Of a stretch of DNA of 64,000 nt, positions 9,591 to 18,013 are shown in pieces. How positions within the stretch are numbered: position 1 is the first letter of the stretch; every line of letters starts with the position of its first letter. The stretch is taken from the NCBI GenBank assembly GCA_963664325.2, contig CAXXDQ010000005.1:96001-160000 (forward strand), given 5' to 3'. The notes below the pieces were generated by a model. The model worked only from the letters and a program-made list of their open reading frames with translations. It was not told the DNA's origin and searched no databases. The DNA comes from Desulfomonilia bacterium. Lineage in GTDB: Bacteria; Desulfobacterota; Desulfomonilia; UBA1062. Position numbers and translations under genes: made by a program.

Positions 9591-9646
9591 GATGGCTCTT
9601 AGCATTCAGCTTGAGGAGTTGAACAGGATGCTCGGGATCTCATTTC
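9591..9646 (+). repeat. Degenerate solo copy of the ~55-bp repeat unit
   Basis: gatggctcttagcattcagcttgaggagttgaacaggatgctcgggatctcattt aligns without gaps to 5768 onward. Confidence 0.7.
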
Positions 9647-9691
9647 AGGCAGCAATAATGTTATGTGACGTCTGCGTTCTCAAAGGTATGT

Positions 9692-10753
9692 CTATCTTTT
9701 CTCACGCCGCTGGCGCATGTCCTCAAGGATACGATCAACCGCGGCCGGGCTTGCCCAGTGAATGAAATCGCCTTTCGCCCAGAATACATGGAATTCACCG
9801 CCGACAGCCCGCAGTACATCCTGTACGGCCGGTTCCCACAGAACATAACGCGGCTCGTTGAAACAGCAGACGTCATATTCATTGAGCACCTGGATCTGGG
9901 ACCGCTGGTGGGACCCCATGATATAAAGGTCCTCATAGCTTGCGATCAGGTACAGATCCGGGAGTACCTGCTCCCAGTCCCCCCAGTTCTTCTGGTAGCG
10001 GTCGAAATGCATCGCGAGCGGCACACTGCCCGCCACCGGGTAACTGGCGGAGATGCGCGTATCCAGCGCCGCGGCCAGTGTCGTAGTCCAACCCCCGCCG
10101 GACAGACCTACCATGAAGATATCGCGAAAGCCCCTTGTCCGTGCTAGATTGACGGCCGCTATCACCGGCTCAAGGAAATAACGCACCGGCGAGCCTAGGG
10201 TCAGGCCGTTCAGGAATATCATTTCCTCATGCTGGGTTATAGGCACACGGCCGGTACGGGGCAGATCGATTATGACTGGCTCCTTGTTGTCTCCGGTGCA
10301 CGGCAAATCCAGTCTCCAGACCGTATAGCCGTTGGCTACAAAACGGCGTATTACGATGGCGTCGACCACTGTGTAGCCGTCATGGCCGTCATGATAGATA
10401 ACCAGCGCGCCGTTCGGCGAGATAGGCCGGTAGACAGACATGTTCGAGATAAACCCGTTTTGCATGGAAATTTTCAAGCGGTCGCCTTCGGCCTGGGGCA
10501 GGGTGTCGGGCAGCGTATCAGAGGCGAATATATATCGGATCAGCTCTTTGCGGGTCGCCGAGATTTCATCTGCCGTGTGCAGGCTGATATCGGGCGTGTA
10601 GTCTACAGGAGCGATATAGGTTAGCGTGTTTGCCGTGCCGCCAGAATACTGCTGCTCCTGTGTAGCCGATGATGATCCTCCTTCGTTCCTGCATGCGATG
10701 ACCATGAGGACAAAAATGCCTGCACAAATGCAGCCTGAAAGCTTCTTTCCCAT
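9692..10753 (-). CDS. Alpha/beta-hydrolase fold lipoprotein
   Basis: GLSGGG nucleophile elbow, later D (YDVCCF) and H (FIHW); lipobox VIAC; GAGGAGGG RBS before ATG 10753. Confidence 0.75.
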   Translation of the reverse strand: MGKKLSGCICAGIFVLMVIACRNEGGSSSATQEQQYSGGTANTLTYIAPVDYTPDISLHTADEISATRKELIRYIFASDTLPDTLPQAEGDRLKISMQNGFISNMSVYRPISPNGALVIYHDGHDGYTVVDAIVIRRFVANGYTVWRLDLPCTGDNKEPVIIDLPRTGRVPITQHEEMIFLNGLTLGSPVRYFLEPVIAAVNLARTRGFRDIFMVGLSGGGWTTTLAAALDTRISASYPVAGSVPLAMHFDRYQKNWGDWEQVLPDLYLIASYEDLYIMGSHQRSQIQVLNEYDVCCFNEPRYVLWEPAVQDVLRAVGGEFHVFWAKGDFIHWASPAAVDRILEDMRQRREKR

Positions 10754-11027
10754 GATGCGCCCCTCCTCATACCGAAATGTCCGGACATTTAAAATGACCG
10801 TGCAACATGCATTAACAGCTCTCAATTAATATAACGGCGATGCCTGTGCCTGTCAATTGCCGGCAGTAATGTCCATATCTGCATATCCGGGGGAGGCGCA
10901 ATATCCGGTTGGTACTGGGAATATACCTGTTGTGCAACTGTACCTGGTCCCGGCTATCGGCATAATAACGCTTATCTTTTCTTGTAGGTGTTTATCTGAA
11001 ACCAATTTCATGTAATATACTTGCGGT

Positions 11028-11759
11028 ATGAAAAAGATCCTTACTTTCCTTTCTGATTTCGGAGTGAAAGACAGCTATGCGGCTCAGGTCAAGGGCAGGA
11101 TTCTGAGTGCGGCATCGGATGTATCCATCATCGATATAACTCATGAGTGCGATAGATTCGGCATTATCAGCGGCGCGTGGCTGCTGCATACCTACTGGCG
11201 GTGTTTCCCTGAAAACACGGTTCACCTTGCGGTTGTTGATCCGGGAGTGGGCACAGACAGGGCGATCCTGGCAGTTGAGAAAGACGGCCATTTCTTCATC
11301 GGCCCGGATAACGGGATATTCTCGTTCATCTATCCGGCGGAAAAGGTGTTTGAAATCACCTGGAGGCCGAAAACCGGAATATCCCCGACGTTTCAAGCAA
11401 GGGATATCATGGCCCCGGTTTCGGCGATGCTGCTGAAAGGCATACAGCCTGCAACGCTCGGGACGCCGAAACAGAACCCCGTTTTTTTCAATGCCACGAA
11501 TCCCATGGTTGTCAACATCGACAGCTTCGGGAACATCATCACGAATATCGAGCCGTCCTGTCTGGGCGGCGGGGGTATTATGATCAACGACGTATTTATC
11601 AAAAAGCTTGCCTCAACCTACAGCGATATAGGAGAAGAAGACGGGCCCGCCATGATTAAAGGCAGTTCCGGCACAATCGAGGTGTCGGCAAACATGCAGA
11701 GCGCAGCCAAGGTATTAAAGGCGGTAACAGGGATGCCTGTCGTTATAAAACAGGGGTGA
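11028..11759 (+). CDS. SAM hydroxide adenosyltransferase / chlorinase-fluorinase family (DUF62)
   Basis: LSDFG..DSY, IDITH, VHLAVVDPGVGT.R, GPDNG, SPTFQARD, IDSFGN. Confidence 0.92.
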   Translation: MKKILTFLSDFGVKDSYAAQVKGRILSAASDVSIIDITHECDRFGIISGAWLLHTYWRCFPENTVHLAVVDPGVGTDRAILAVEKDGHFFIGPDNGIFSFIYPAEKVFEITWRPKTGISPTFQARDIMAPVSAMLLKGIQPATLGTPKQNPVFFNATNPMVVNIDSFGNIITNIEPSCLGGGGIMINDVFIKKLASTYSDIGEEDGPAMIKGSSGTIEVSANMQSAAKVLKAVTGMPVVIKQG

Positions 11760-11762
11760 GGT

Positions 11763-13637
11763 ATGGAAACAAAACTTAAAGTTCTCATGGTCGATGCGGC
11801 AAGCGGATATTACCGCCATGAGCGCTACAGGCTCGGCGACTTCTTCGGACCGGTTGATCTGGGGCTGAACCTTGCAGGAAGGTACAACTCCCTGAACATC
11901 GGTGTGGGACTGCTTGCAGGCTCAATATTTCCCGGGTCGAACCGCATGATCTTTACCGGGTTCTCTCCGTGCTGGGGCGGCTTTTACATCTCCTCGATGG
12001 GGGGCGCCGGGCTTGTCTTCGACAACCTAGGCATCAACATGCTGTCTATTACGGGAAAGGCGCCGGTGCCTTCCATTCTCTACCTTAACCGCGTGCATGG
12101 TGAAGAGATCGAGGTGGAGATCGTGCCGGTAAAGGCCGAAAAGGTCTGGAGCAGCGGCCGGCTTGGCGTTTATTCCATGACGGATTATGCGCTTGAAAAT
12201 TTCGGCTCAAGGTATCTTTCCGACCCCAGGGTGCTTGTTGCGGGTCCGGCCTCGCTTGCAACGGATTTCGGCGCCATAGGCTCGATGCCGGTAGTTTCAG
12301 GCAAGCCGACCCATATCGACACATGGGCGGGCCGGGGCGGGTTCGGTTCCAAGATGTTTCAGCAGCACGGTCTTGCCGCGATAATCTATGGCGGCACATA
12401 TATCGACGATGATTTCAGGGACAGAAAGGTCGCGGACCAGTGGTTCATAGACAAATATACAAAAAAGCTCGCCGCCAAAGACCTGGAGGCCACTACTAAA
12501 TACAGGTTCGAACCCGATTTCAACACAGGGGGAACTCTCGGCGTGAACCTGGCCACGATTGGCGGAGGCCTCATAGCGTTCAACTACCGCTCGATCTTCA
12601 TGGACGAAGCGGTGAGGCTCAATATGCACAAAGACCTTATCGCGGGCCACTATCTGAAACAGTTCAACGAAGAGACCATCTATCCCAAGCAGCAGCATAC
12701 ATGCGGCGAGCCGTGCGTCGCTCTCTGCAAGAAGATGAACGGCGACTTCAAGAAGGACTATGAGCCCTACCAGACGATGGGGCCCCTCTCCGGCATATTC
12801 GACCAGCGGGCGGCCGAGAAGCTGAACGGCCATGCGGACATGTACGGATTCGATGCCATATCCGTCGGCGGTGTTGTGTCGTGGCTTATGGAATGTATGG
12901 CCGAGGGCTGTCTCAGCCCGGAGGAACTTGGAGTAAGCAGAACGCCGGTCTTTAAGCCGGACGGGTTCAGCGTAGAAACCGATTCCATGAATAATGCCGA
13001 ACTCGGTATCGAGCTGCTTGACGGTATAATTCAGAAGAGGCCCATGCTTGACATGGGGGAGGGTGCGCGCAGGCTTGCCCGGAACATCTCAAGGACAAAA
13101 GGCAGGAAGGTCCTCGACAGCTTCCTTTTTGCAGCATACGCGCGCAACGGCTGGATGGTGCCGAATCAGTACTGGACGCCCGGTGTGCTGTCGCCTATGC
13201 CGATAATGGGAAAATATTACATGGACTACGGCAAGGATTTCCTGCCTCCCCGGGAACTGGGCAGAAAGAATGCAAAGCGCATGAAGATGGAACTGGTGAT
13301 GGACAATATCGGCATGTGCCGCTTCCACCGCATGTGGGCCGAGGAAATGATTCCGGAGATAATAGGCGAGCTCTACGGGATGAAAGACGGATACCTGAGC
13401 GGCATATCGATGGTGGCCAGCCGAATAAACTCCAGAAATGCATCGGTTTACTGGGAGACGAAAAGGGCGGTGGAGTTCATTGAGACATTTTTAAAAAGGA
13501 AGCATGAGGTTGAAGGCAACAACAGCGCCGAGCTGCTAGACTGGATAGGCAGGTTTGAAAAAGAACCGGATGAGGCCGGTATGGAGTTCTGGTACGATAT
13601 CCATAAGGGAGAGCAGGAATCGCTCAGGGAATTCTGA
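11763..13637 (+). CDS. W/Mo aldehyde:ferredoxin oxidoreductase, GAPOR-like clade
   Basis: SSMGGAG, WAGRGGFGS, KYRF.P..NTGGT, CGEPCxxxCKK, YEPY...GPLSG, GFDAI, DNIGMCRFHR. Confidence 0.85.
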   Translation: METKLKVLMVDAASGYYRHERYRLGDFFGPVDLGLNLAGRYNSLNIGVGLLAGSIFPGSNRMIFTGFSPCWGGFYISSMGGAGLVFDNLGINMLSITGKAPVPSILYLNRVHGEEIEVEIVPVKAEKVWSSGRLGVYSMTDYALENFGSRYLSDPRVLVAGPASLATDFGAIGSMPVVSGKPTHIDTWAGRGGFGSKMFQQHGLAAIIYGGTYIDDDFRDRKVADQWFIDKYTKKLAAKDLEATTKYRFEPDFNTGGTLGVNLATIGGGLIAFNYRSIFMDEAVRLNMHKDLIAGHYLKQFNEETIYPKQQHTCGEPCVALCKKMNGDFKKDYEPYQTMGPLSGIFDQRAAEKLNGHADMYGFDAISVGGVVSWLMECMAEGCLSPEELGVSRTPVFKPDGFSVETDSMNNAELGIELLDGIIQKRPMLDMGEGARRLARNISRTKGRKVLDSFLFAAYARNGWMVPNQYWTPGVLSPMPIMGKYYMDYGKDFLPPRELGRKNAKRMKMELVMDNIGMCRFHRMWAEEMIPEIIGELYGMKDGYLSGISMVASRINSRNASVYWETKRAVEFIETFLKRKHEVEGNNSAELLDWIGRFEKEPDEAGMEFWYDIHKGEQESLREF

Positions 13638-13675
13638 TATAAGGCCTTTCAATACGGTACGGACGGCAGGGGTCG

Positions 13676-14782
13676 TCAGAATGTTTTCCTGGTCCTCCCC
13701 CATTTCTCCACCTGCTTCAGCAGGTCGAGCGCATCCTCTTCGGTTTCGCAGTTGGTCTGCATGTAAAGCCCCTTGGGAGAAACGTATTTGAGGATCTCCT
13801 CGATCTCCTTCGGGTTTACCCCCAGCATGACGATTCCCTTTTTCCTGTCCTGAATCTTTTTATACAGGGGTATCCACTTCTCATAAACATAAGAGGCATC
13901 GGGGCCGTCGTATTCTGTCGGCCGCCACTGTATGGCATGGATGTCGTCGATGTCGAGAATAGCATCGGCGTGCTTCACCATGTCCGGGCCGTCGAGATGG
14001 AATAAAGCCCTGTCGAGGAATGCCGCCTCTCTTGCAAGCGTCGGCTTCACGAATTCATCGAACATCTTCGGAGAGAGCACCGTGCCGAAATCGCACTGTA
14101 GAGGATACCACCTGTCCCTGCTCCAGACGGGCATCCAGCAGGTCATGCCGTCACATTTGTCAGCAATCATTTTGTACAGGATGTCGTAGGCCTCGAACCA
14201 TGCGTCATCAATGGCATTTACGAGGGCCGTGACTTCCCGGGGCCTTTCAATCATATCGAAGATGAGATCCTGATGGCCTCTGAGGGACGCGGCTATGTCG
14301 AATCCTCCCCCGAGGTCGGTCATGCCCACCAGATACTTGTCAGGGGCGCGCTCGGTGAAATAGCCTGTCATGTCGAAGGCGGCCTTCCACAGTTCATGCC
14401 CCTTGTCGAATTTCACATGAGGGACTGCATTGGCCGGGGCCGCAGTCTGTTTAGGGCCGAACCATATCGTCGTATCGTCGAGCCTGTAGTCCGCACCCAA
14501 AGGCGCAGCGAGCATGCCCGGGCCCAGGTTTATGAACTGGTATGGGAAAGATTCGCCCAGGAATGAAGCGATGCTGAAAACAAATTCATTTCCGTGATAG
14601 AAATTCTCCGGGGTCGTCCACTTTTCCCACAGGCCGTCAGGTTCCTTAATGTCGGGGAAAGTATAATCAAGAGGTTTACTCCGTGGTGCGGTAACCGCGA
14701 TGCAGCACCTGTCGATCATGTCGCAGGCCCAGAAGGCCTCAAAACGCTTCTTAGTATCTTCCCAATCATCCTTGTAGATCAT
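13676..14782 (-). CDS. URO-D / MtaA-CmuA-like TIM-barrel protein
   Basis: INLGPG, MTDLGG..D..ASLRG, LQCDF, LSPKMFDEFVKP, FHLDG. Confidence 0.7.
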   Translation of the reverse strand: MIYKDDWEDTKKRFEAFWACDMIDRCCIAVTAPRSKPLDYTFPDIKEPDGLWEKWTTPENFYHGNEFVFSIASFLGESFPYQFINLGPGMLAAPLGADYRLDDTTIWFGPKQTAAPANAVPHVKFDKGHELWKAAFDMTGYFTERAPDKYLVGMTDLGGGFDIAASLRGHQDLIFDMIERPREVTALVNAIDDAWFEAYDILYKMIADKCDGMTCWMPVWSRDRWYPLQCDFGTVLSPKMFDEFVKPTLAREAAFLDRALFHLDGPDMVKHADAILDIDDIHAIQWRPTEYDGPDASYVYEKWIPLYKKIQDRKKGIVMLGVNPKEIEEILKYVSPKGLYMQTNCETEEDALDLLKQVEKWGRTRKTF

Positions 14783-14899
14783 AACCGGCTCCTCCCGTCA
14801 GGCTATTGAATGATTCTACCATGCCGGTACACGCATGTCTTGTATTCATTAGCCATTCTTTGGTAAAATTATGCCTGCAGAAAAAAAGGAGGACTTAAA

Positions 14900-15676
14900 A
14901 TGAGCAGGTTCATTGACTTGTCTGTTGCCATTGAAAGCGGGCTTCCGAGCGATCCGCCGATGATGATCCCAAAGATCATGTACATCGACCATGCCCTCGG
15001 CGCCGAGAGCATGAAGGCGTTTTATCCCGGCCTTACAATCGGCGACCTGCCGGGCGGGCTGGGCTGGGCGGTTGAGGTGATGGAGGTCTCGACTCATGCA
15101 GGCACGCACATGGATGCGCCGTGGCATTTTCATCCCACGCAGGACAGGGGCAAGCCTGCGCTCACGATCGATCAGTTCCCGCTGGAATGGGGCGTCGGGA
15201 ACGGCGTCAAGCTTGACTTCTCCGACTTTCCCGACGGCTACAACATCACGGTCGAGGATGTGAAGGCCAAACTCAGCGATATAGATTACACGCTCAAGCC
15301 GGGCGACATATTCCTTGCACAGAGCGGGGCCGCTCCCTACTGGGGCACGCCGGAGTATCTGGTAAGGGGATGCGGGTTCAGCCGGGAAACCACGCTGTGG
15401 ATACTTGGCCACGGCGTGCACGTGGTCGGTACGGACGGCTGGAGCTGGGACCGGCCGCTGCCATTCCAGGCGAGAGAGTTCGTACAGACAAAGGATGCCT
15501 CCATCATCTGGGAAGGGCATTTCGCCGGCATAGAAAAGGGCTATTTCCAGATAGAGAAGCTTGCCAATCTGGATGCGCTTCCGGCCACGGGTTTCAGGTT
15601 TTACTGCTTCCCGGTCAAGATAAAGGGGGCGAGTGCGGGGTGGATACGGGCCGTCGCCGAAGTGGGCAGGGCGTGA
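14900..15676 (+). CDS. Cyclase family (kynurenine formamidase-like) metal hydrolase
   Basis: HAGTHMDAPWH, VGTD, IEKLANL, PVKI; AGGAGG RBS. Confidence 0.92.
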   Translation: MSRFIDLSVAIESGLPSDPPMMIPKIMYIDHALGAESMKAFYPGLTIGDLPGGLGWAVEVMEVSTHAGTHMDAPWHFHPTQDRGKPALTIDQFPLEWGVGNGVKLDFSDFPDGYNITVEDVKAKLSDIDYTLKPGDIFLAQSGAAPYWGTPEYLVRGCGFSRETTLWILGHGVHVVGTDGWSWDRPLPFQAREFVQTKDASIIWEGHFAGIEKGYFQIEKLANLDALPATGFRFYCFPVKIKGASAGWIRAVAEVGRA

Positions 15677-15788
15677 TAACTTCGCATACCGTTGTCGCTT
15701 CCTCGCGGAAACGTTGCAGCATACGTCAAAGTATGCCTCACATTTCCGCTTCGTCACTCCTCGGTCTGCAAAGTTCTGCCGCCCTGCC
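15665..15788. mobile_element. Second MITE/REP-like palindromic element (124 bp)
   Basis: Arms ggcagggcgtgataacttcgcataccg / cggtctgcaaagttctgccgccctgcc (22/27 complementary); central hairpin gcatac-gtcaaa-gtatgc. Confidence 0.7.
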
Positions 15789-15991
15789 ACTCATGTTTAA
15801 TTCCTGCATTGCATTATCGGGAAATTAATATACTTGATGATAGTGTCCCTGAGATATAATCAATAAACAAAGGCATAAAAAGAAGGTTAGAGTGTGAAAA
15901 TTCCAGTGTCTCGAAAAGACAATTTATGGTTAGGTCCTAGTTTTTCTACCGCATACGGCAAAATCAATAATTGGGTTTAAGAGGAGGATAC

Positions 15992-16576
15992 ATGATGTCA
16001 GATTTTGTTCCGTTAATGGAAATAGCTGATACTATTGGAGTGGATCCAACAACAATAAGACGTTTAATAAAAAAGTATGGCGATGAGCTAGGTATTGCAG
16101 TTGAAAGAGTAAAATCAAAATCACGAAATGGAAGATGGGTCGATTGCTTATCTATTGATGATCGAAACAGTTTAATTGATTTTTACGAAAGTCGAGTTAA
16201 AAATGAAGACTTATCATCAGATGAATTATCACCACGACGGTTTGGAGTTTTCTATATCATCCAGCTTATTCCTGAAGTCTTACCTAATCGTGTAAAAATT
16301 GGTTATACAGATGATCTTAAAAAAAGATTGAATGAGCATCGAACGGCTGCTCCCACTGCAAAAGTCATTGGTAGTTGGCCTTGCAAACGTTCTTGGGATC
16401 AGGCTGCAATGGATTGTATAACAAGAGAAAACTGCAAGTTAGTTATGAATGAGGTTTATGAGGGTGATGTAGAAATATTTGTTAAAAGAGCTATTAATTT
16501 CTTTTCACAAATGCCAAATTCAAATATGGCCCCTATTTTGTCAGAGCATTCACCTCTAAAAGATATACAATCATAG
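15992..16576 (+). CDS. GIY-YIG/T5orf172-like protein with N-terminal HTH
   Basis: LMEIADTIGVDPTTIRRL (HTH); GVFYIIQ...RVKIGYT..LKKRL..H; GAGGAGG RBS; strongly AT-rich. Confidence 0.75.
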   Translation: MMSDFVPLMEIADTIGVDPTTIRRLIKKYGDELGIAVERVKSKSRNGRWVDCLSIDDRNSLIDFYESRVKNEDLSSDELSPRRFGVFYIIQLIPEVLPNRVKIGYTDDLKKRLNEHRTAAPTAKVIGSWPCKRSWDQAAMDCITRENCKLVMNEVYEGDVEIFVKRAINFFSQMPNSNMAPILSEHSPLKDIQS

Positions 16577-16626
16577 ACACCAGTTAATTTGGATTTGACA
16601 GGCAACTTAGATCAAGGATTAACAAT

Positions 16627-17061
16627 ATGATGACCATCCGCCGAATGACGATTGATGATTATGATGCTGTGCTTGGGCTGTTGCGTGGGACGCCTGGTGT
16701 TGTCGTGCGTGATGCCGATTCGAAAGAGGCGGTTAAGCGCTATCTTGAACGCAACCCGGGGCTCAGTTTCGTGGCGGTTGAATCAGGTCTCATCGTCGGC
16801 TGCATCATGTCCGGCCATGATGCTAGGCGCGGCTATCTCCAGCATCTGGCCGTTGCCGGTGGGTTCAGGAGAAAAGGGATAGGAAAAGCCCTAGTTGAAA
16901 GATGCCTCGACGGGCTTGAGAAAGAAGGCATACTGAAGTCGCACATAGATGTTCTTGCAACAAATGAAAGCGCGTTTTCTTTCTGGGAAAAAATCGGATG
17001 GGAAAAAAGAAGCGATGTGCTCCGCTACTCCTTTATAAGGATGGGTAGTCATAACGCTTAA
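16627..17061 (+). CDS. GNAT family N-acetyltransferase
   Basis: GHDARRGYLQHLAV...RRKGIG, N..A..FWEKIGW. Confidence 0.92.
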   Translation: MMTIRRMTIDDYDAVLGLLRGTPGVVVRDADSKEAVKRYLERNPGLSFVAVESGLIVGCIMSGHDARRGYLQHLAVAGGFRRKGIGKALVERCLDGLEKEGILKSHIDVLATNESAFSFWEKIGWEKRSDVLRYSFIRMGSHNA

Positions 17062-17073
17062 ATGGTTATGAAG

Positions 17074-17199
17074 ATTCCATTTTGCATTCATGATGATACC
17101 GAGGAGGCAAGGAAGAAGCGACGCAGGTGTACTTTTAAGGTACTCCGAGGAGCATTCTGACGCAGCTGACAAAGGTAGGGCTTGAATGCAAACTGGAAT
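17074..17199. mobile_element. MITE/REP-like element, short form (126 bp) of the 5747 family
   Basis: Inverted ends attccattttgcattca / tgaatgcaaactggaat; core aggcaagga.gaagcgacg.aggtgtact...gtactccgaggagcattc.gac shared with 5829-5886. Confidence 0.8.
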
Positions 17200-17321
17200 T
17201 AATTTATTTTTTCGTCAAGGCTGTAGCGTTCAGTAACCTGTCGGGTTGCAGCTTTCGTGATAAATCTGTAGAATATTCCGCCCAGTGAAACCGCTCCTAT
17301 TACCATAAAAAGGATGCTCAT
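17199..17321 (-). CDS. Small membrane protein, 40 aa (not in ORF track)
   Basis: MSILFMVIGAVSLGGIFYRFITKAATRQVTERYSLDEKIN*; starts 1 nt after the previous stop; AAGGGG RBS. Confidence 0.55.
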   Translation of the reverse strand: MSILFMVIGAVSLGGIFYRFITKAATRQVTERYSLDEKIN

Positions 17322-17322
17322 T

Positions 17323-17547
17323 TTAAACCCCTTTCTTCTTGCTTAATTTTACCGATCCCCAGCTTCCGGCAATAATTCCCGTCATGATAAACAAGAGGGT
17401 AAAGCCGGGGTCGAATCCTGTTATCTTGTCGGCATAAAGGCCTGTACAGAGTCCTGAAAAGATTCCTGCCAGGATTACGGTGGCCCTGAGGGCGGTCATT
17501 CCAATCCCGGCAGAAAGTTTTTCCGTCTGTTTAATGCCTTTTGCCAC
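17323..17547 (-). CDS. AtpZ/AtpI-like (ATPase gene 1 type) two-TM protein
   Basis: G...G...D...G..P.F.L.F...G..AG pattern; 74 aa. Confidence 0.65.
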   Translation of the reverse strand: MAKGIKQTEKLSAGIGMTALRATVILAGIFSGLCTGLYADKITGFDPGFTLLFIMTGIIAGSWGSVKLSKKKGV

Positions 17548-17557
17548 AACCGAGCCC

Positions 17558-17734
17558 TTAGAACAGTGCCGAAAGAAGCTGACGTGCGGGTGCAGTGTTT
17601 ACGCCCACCAGCATCACGATCAGTACATAGATTGCAGCTGCTTCTACAGGCGTCAGGCCCAGAACCTTGTATGTAAACCTAATTCCGATTCCCGTCAGGA
17701 ACAAGCAACCTATTACGATCCAAAGCATTAACAT
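17558..17734 (-). CDS. Small two-TM membrane protein, 58 aa
   Basis: MLMLWIVIGCLFLTGIGIRFTYKVLG...; GGAGGT RBS before ATG 17734. Confidence 0.7.
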   Translation of the reverse strand: MLMLWIVIGCLFLTGIGIRFTYKVLGLTPVEAAAIYVLIVMLVGVNTAPARQLLSALF

Positions 17735-17773
17735 GGCGTCTACCTCCGTTTTGTTTTTTTCTAAACCTGATGA

Positions 17774-17790
17774 AGCAAACGATGTGCCAA
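17774..17790 (-). promoter_or_regulatory. Sigma-54 (-24/-12) promoter
   Basis: Minus strand TTGGCACATCGTTTGCT = TGGCAC-N5-TTGC consensus, 40 nt before the ATG. Confidence 0.85.
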
Positions 17791-17805
17791 ATTTAAGTGG
17801 CATTT

Positions 17806-17818
17806 TAACTTGTTGATA
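17806..17818 (-). promoter_or_regulatory. IHF binding site
   Basis: TATCAACAAGTTA matches WATCAANNNNTTR, just upstream of the sigma-54 site. Confidence 0.7.
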
Positions 17819-18013
17819 TTTTAAAATAATTTCCATGCATCATTAAATGCTTTGTCATCGTGTCCTGAACACAAACCTGCCGGACGGGCAATGCCGGAAC
17901 ATTTTGTCAATTTCGGGAAATACATGCCCGGCATTTTGTGACAATTTGGCAAAATTGTCTACAACGTTCAATAACCGCTTGATTTTATGTTGATTCATAA
18001 ATATCTTTAACCC

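Noticed and set aside
11028-11759. True fluorinase or chlorinase
   Set aside because: The DPGVG..R pattern fits the widespread DUF62 hydrolase type; no halometabolite cluster nearby
14849-15790. 313-aa antisense ORF over the cyclase gene
   Set aside because: Shadow of a well-supported gene; its start lies at the edge of a repeat; no motifs
17048-17071. Functional integron attC site
   Set aside because: Far too short, no L boxes, no integron integrase in the window; kept only as a weak hint
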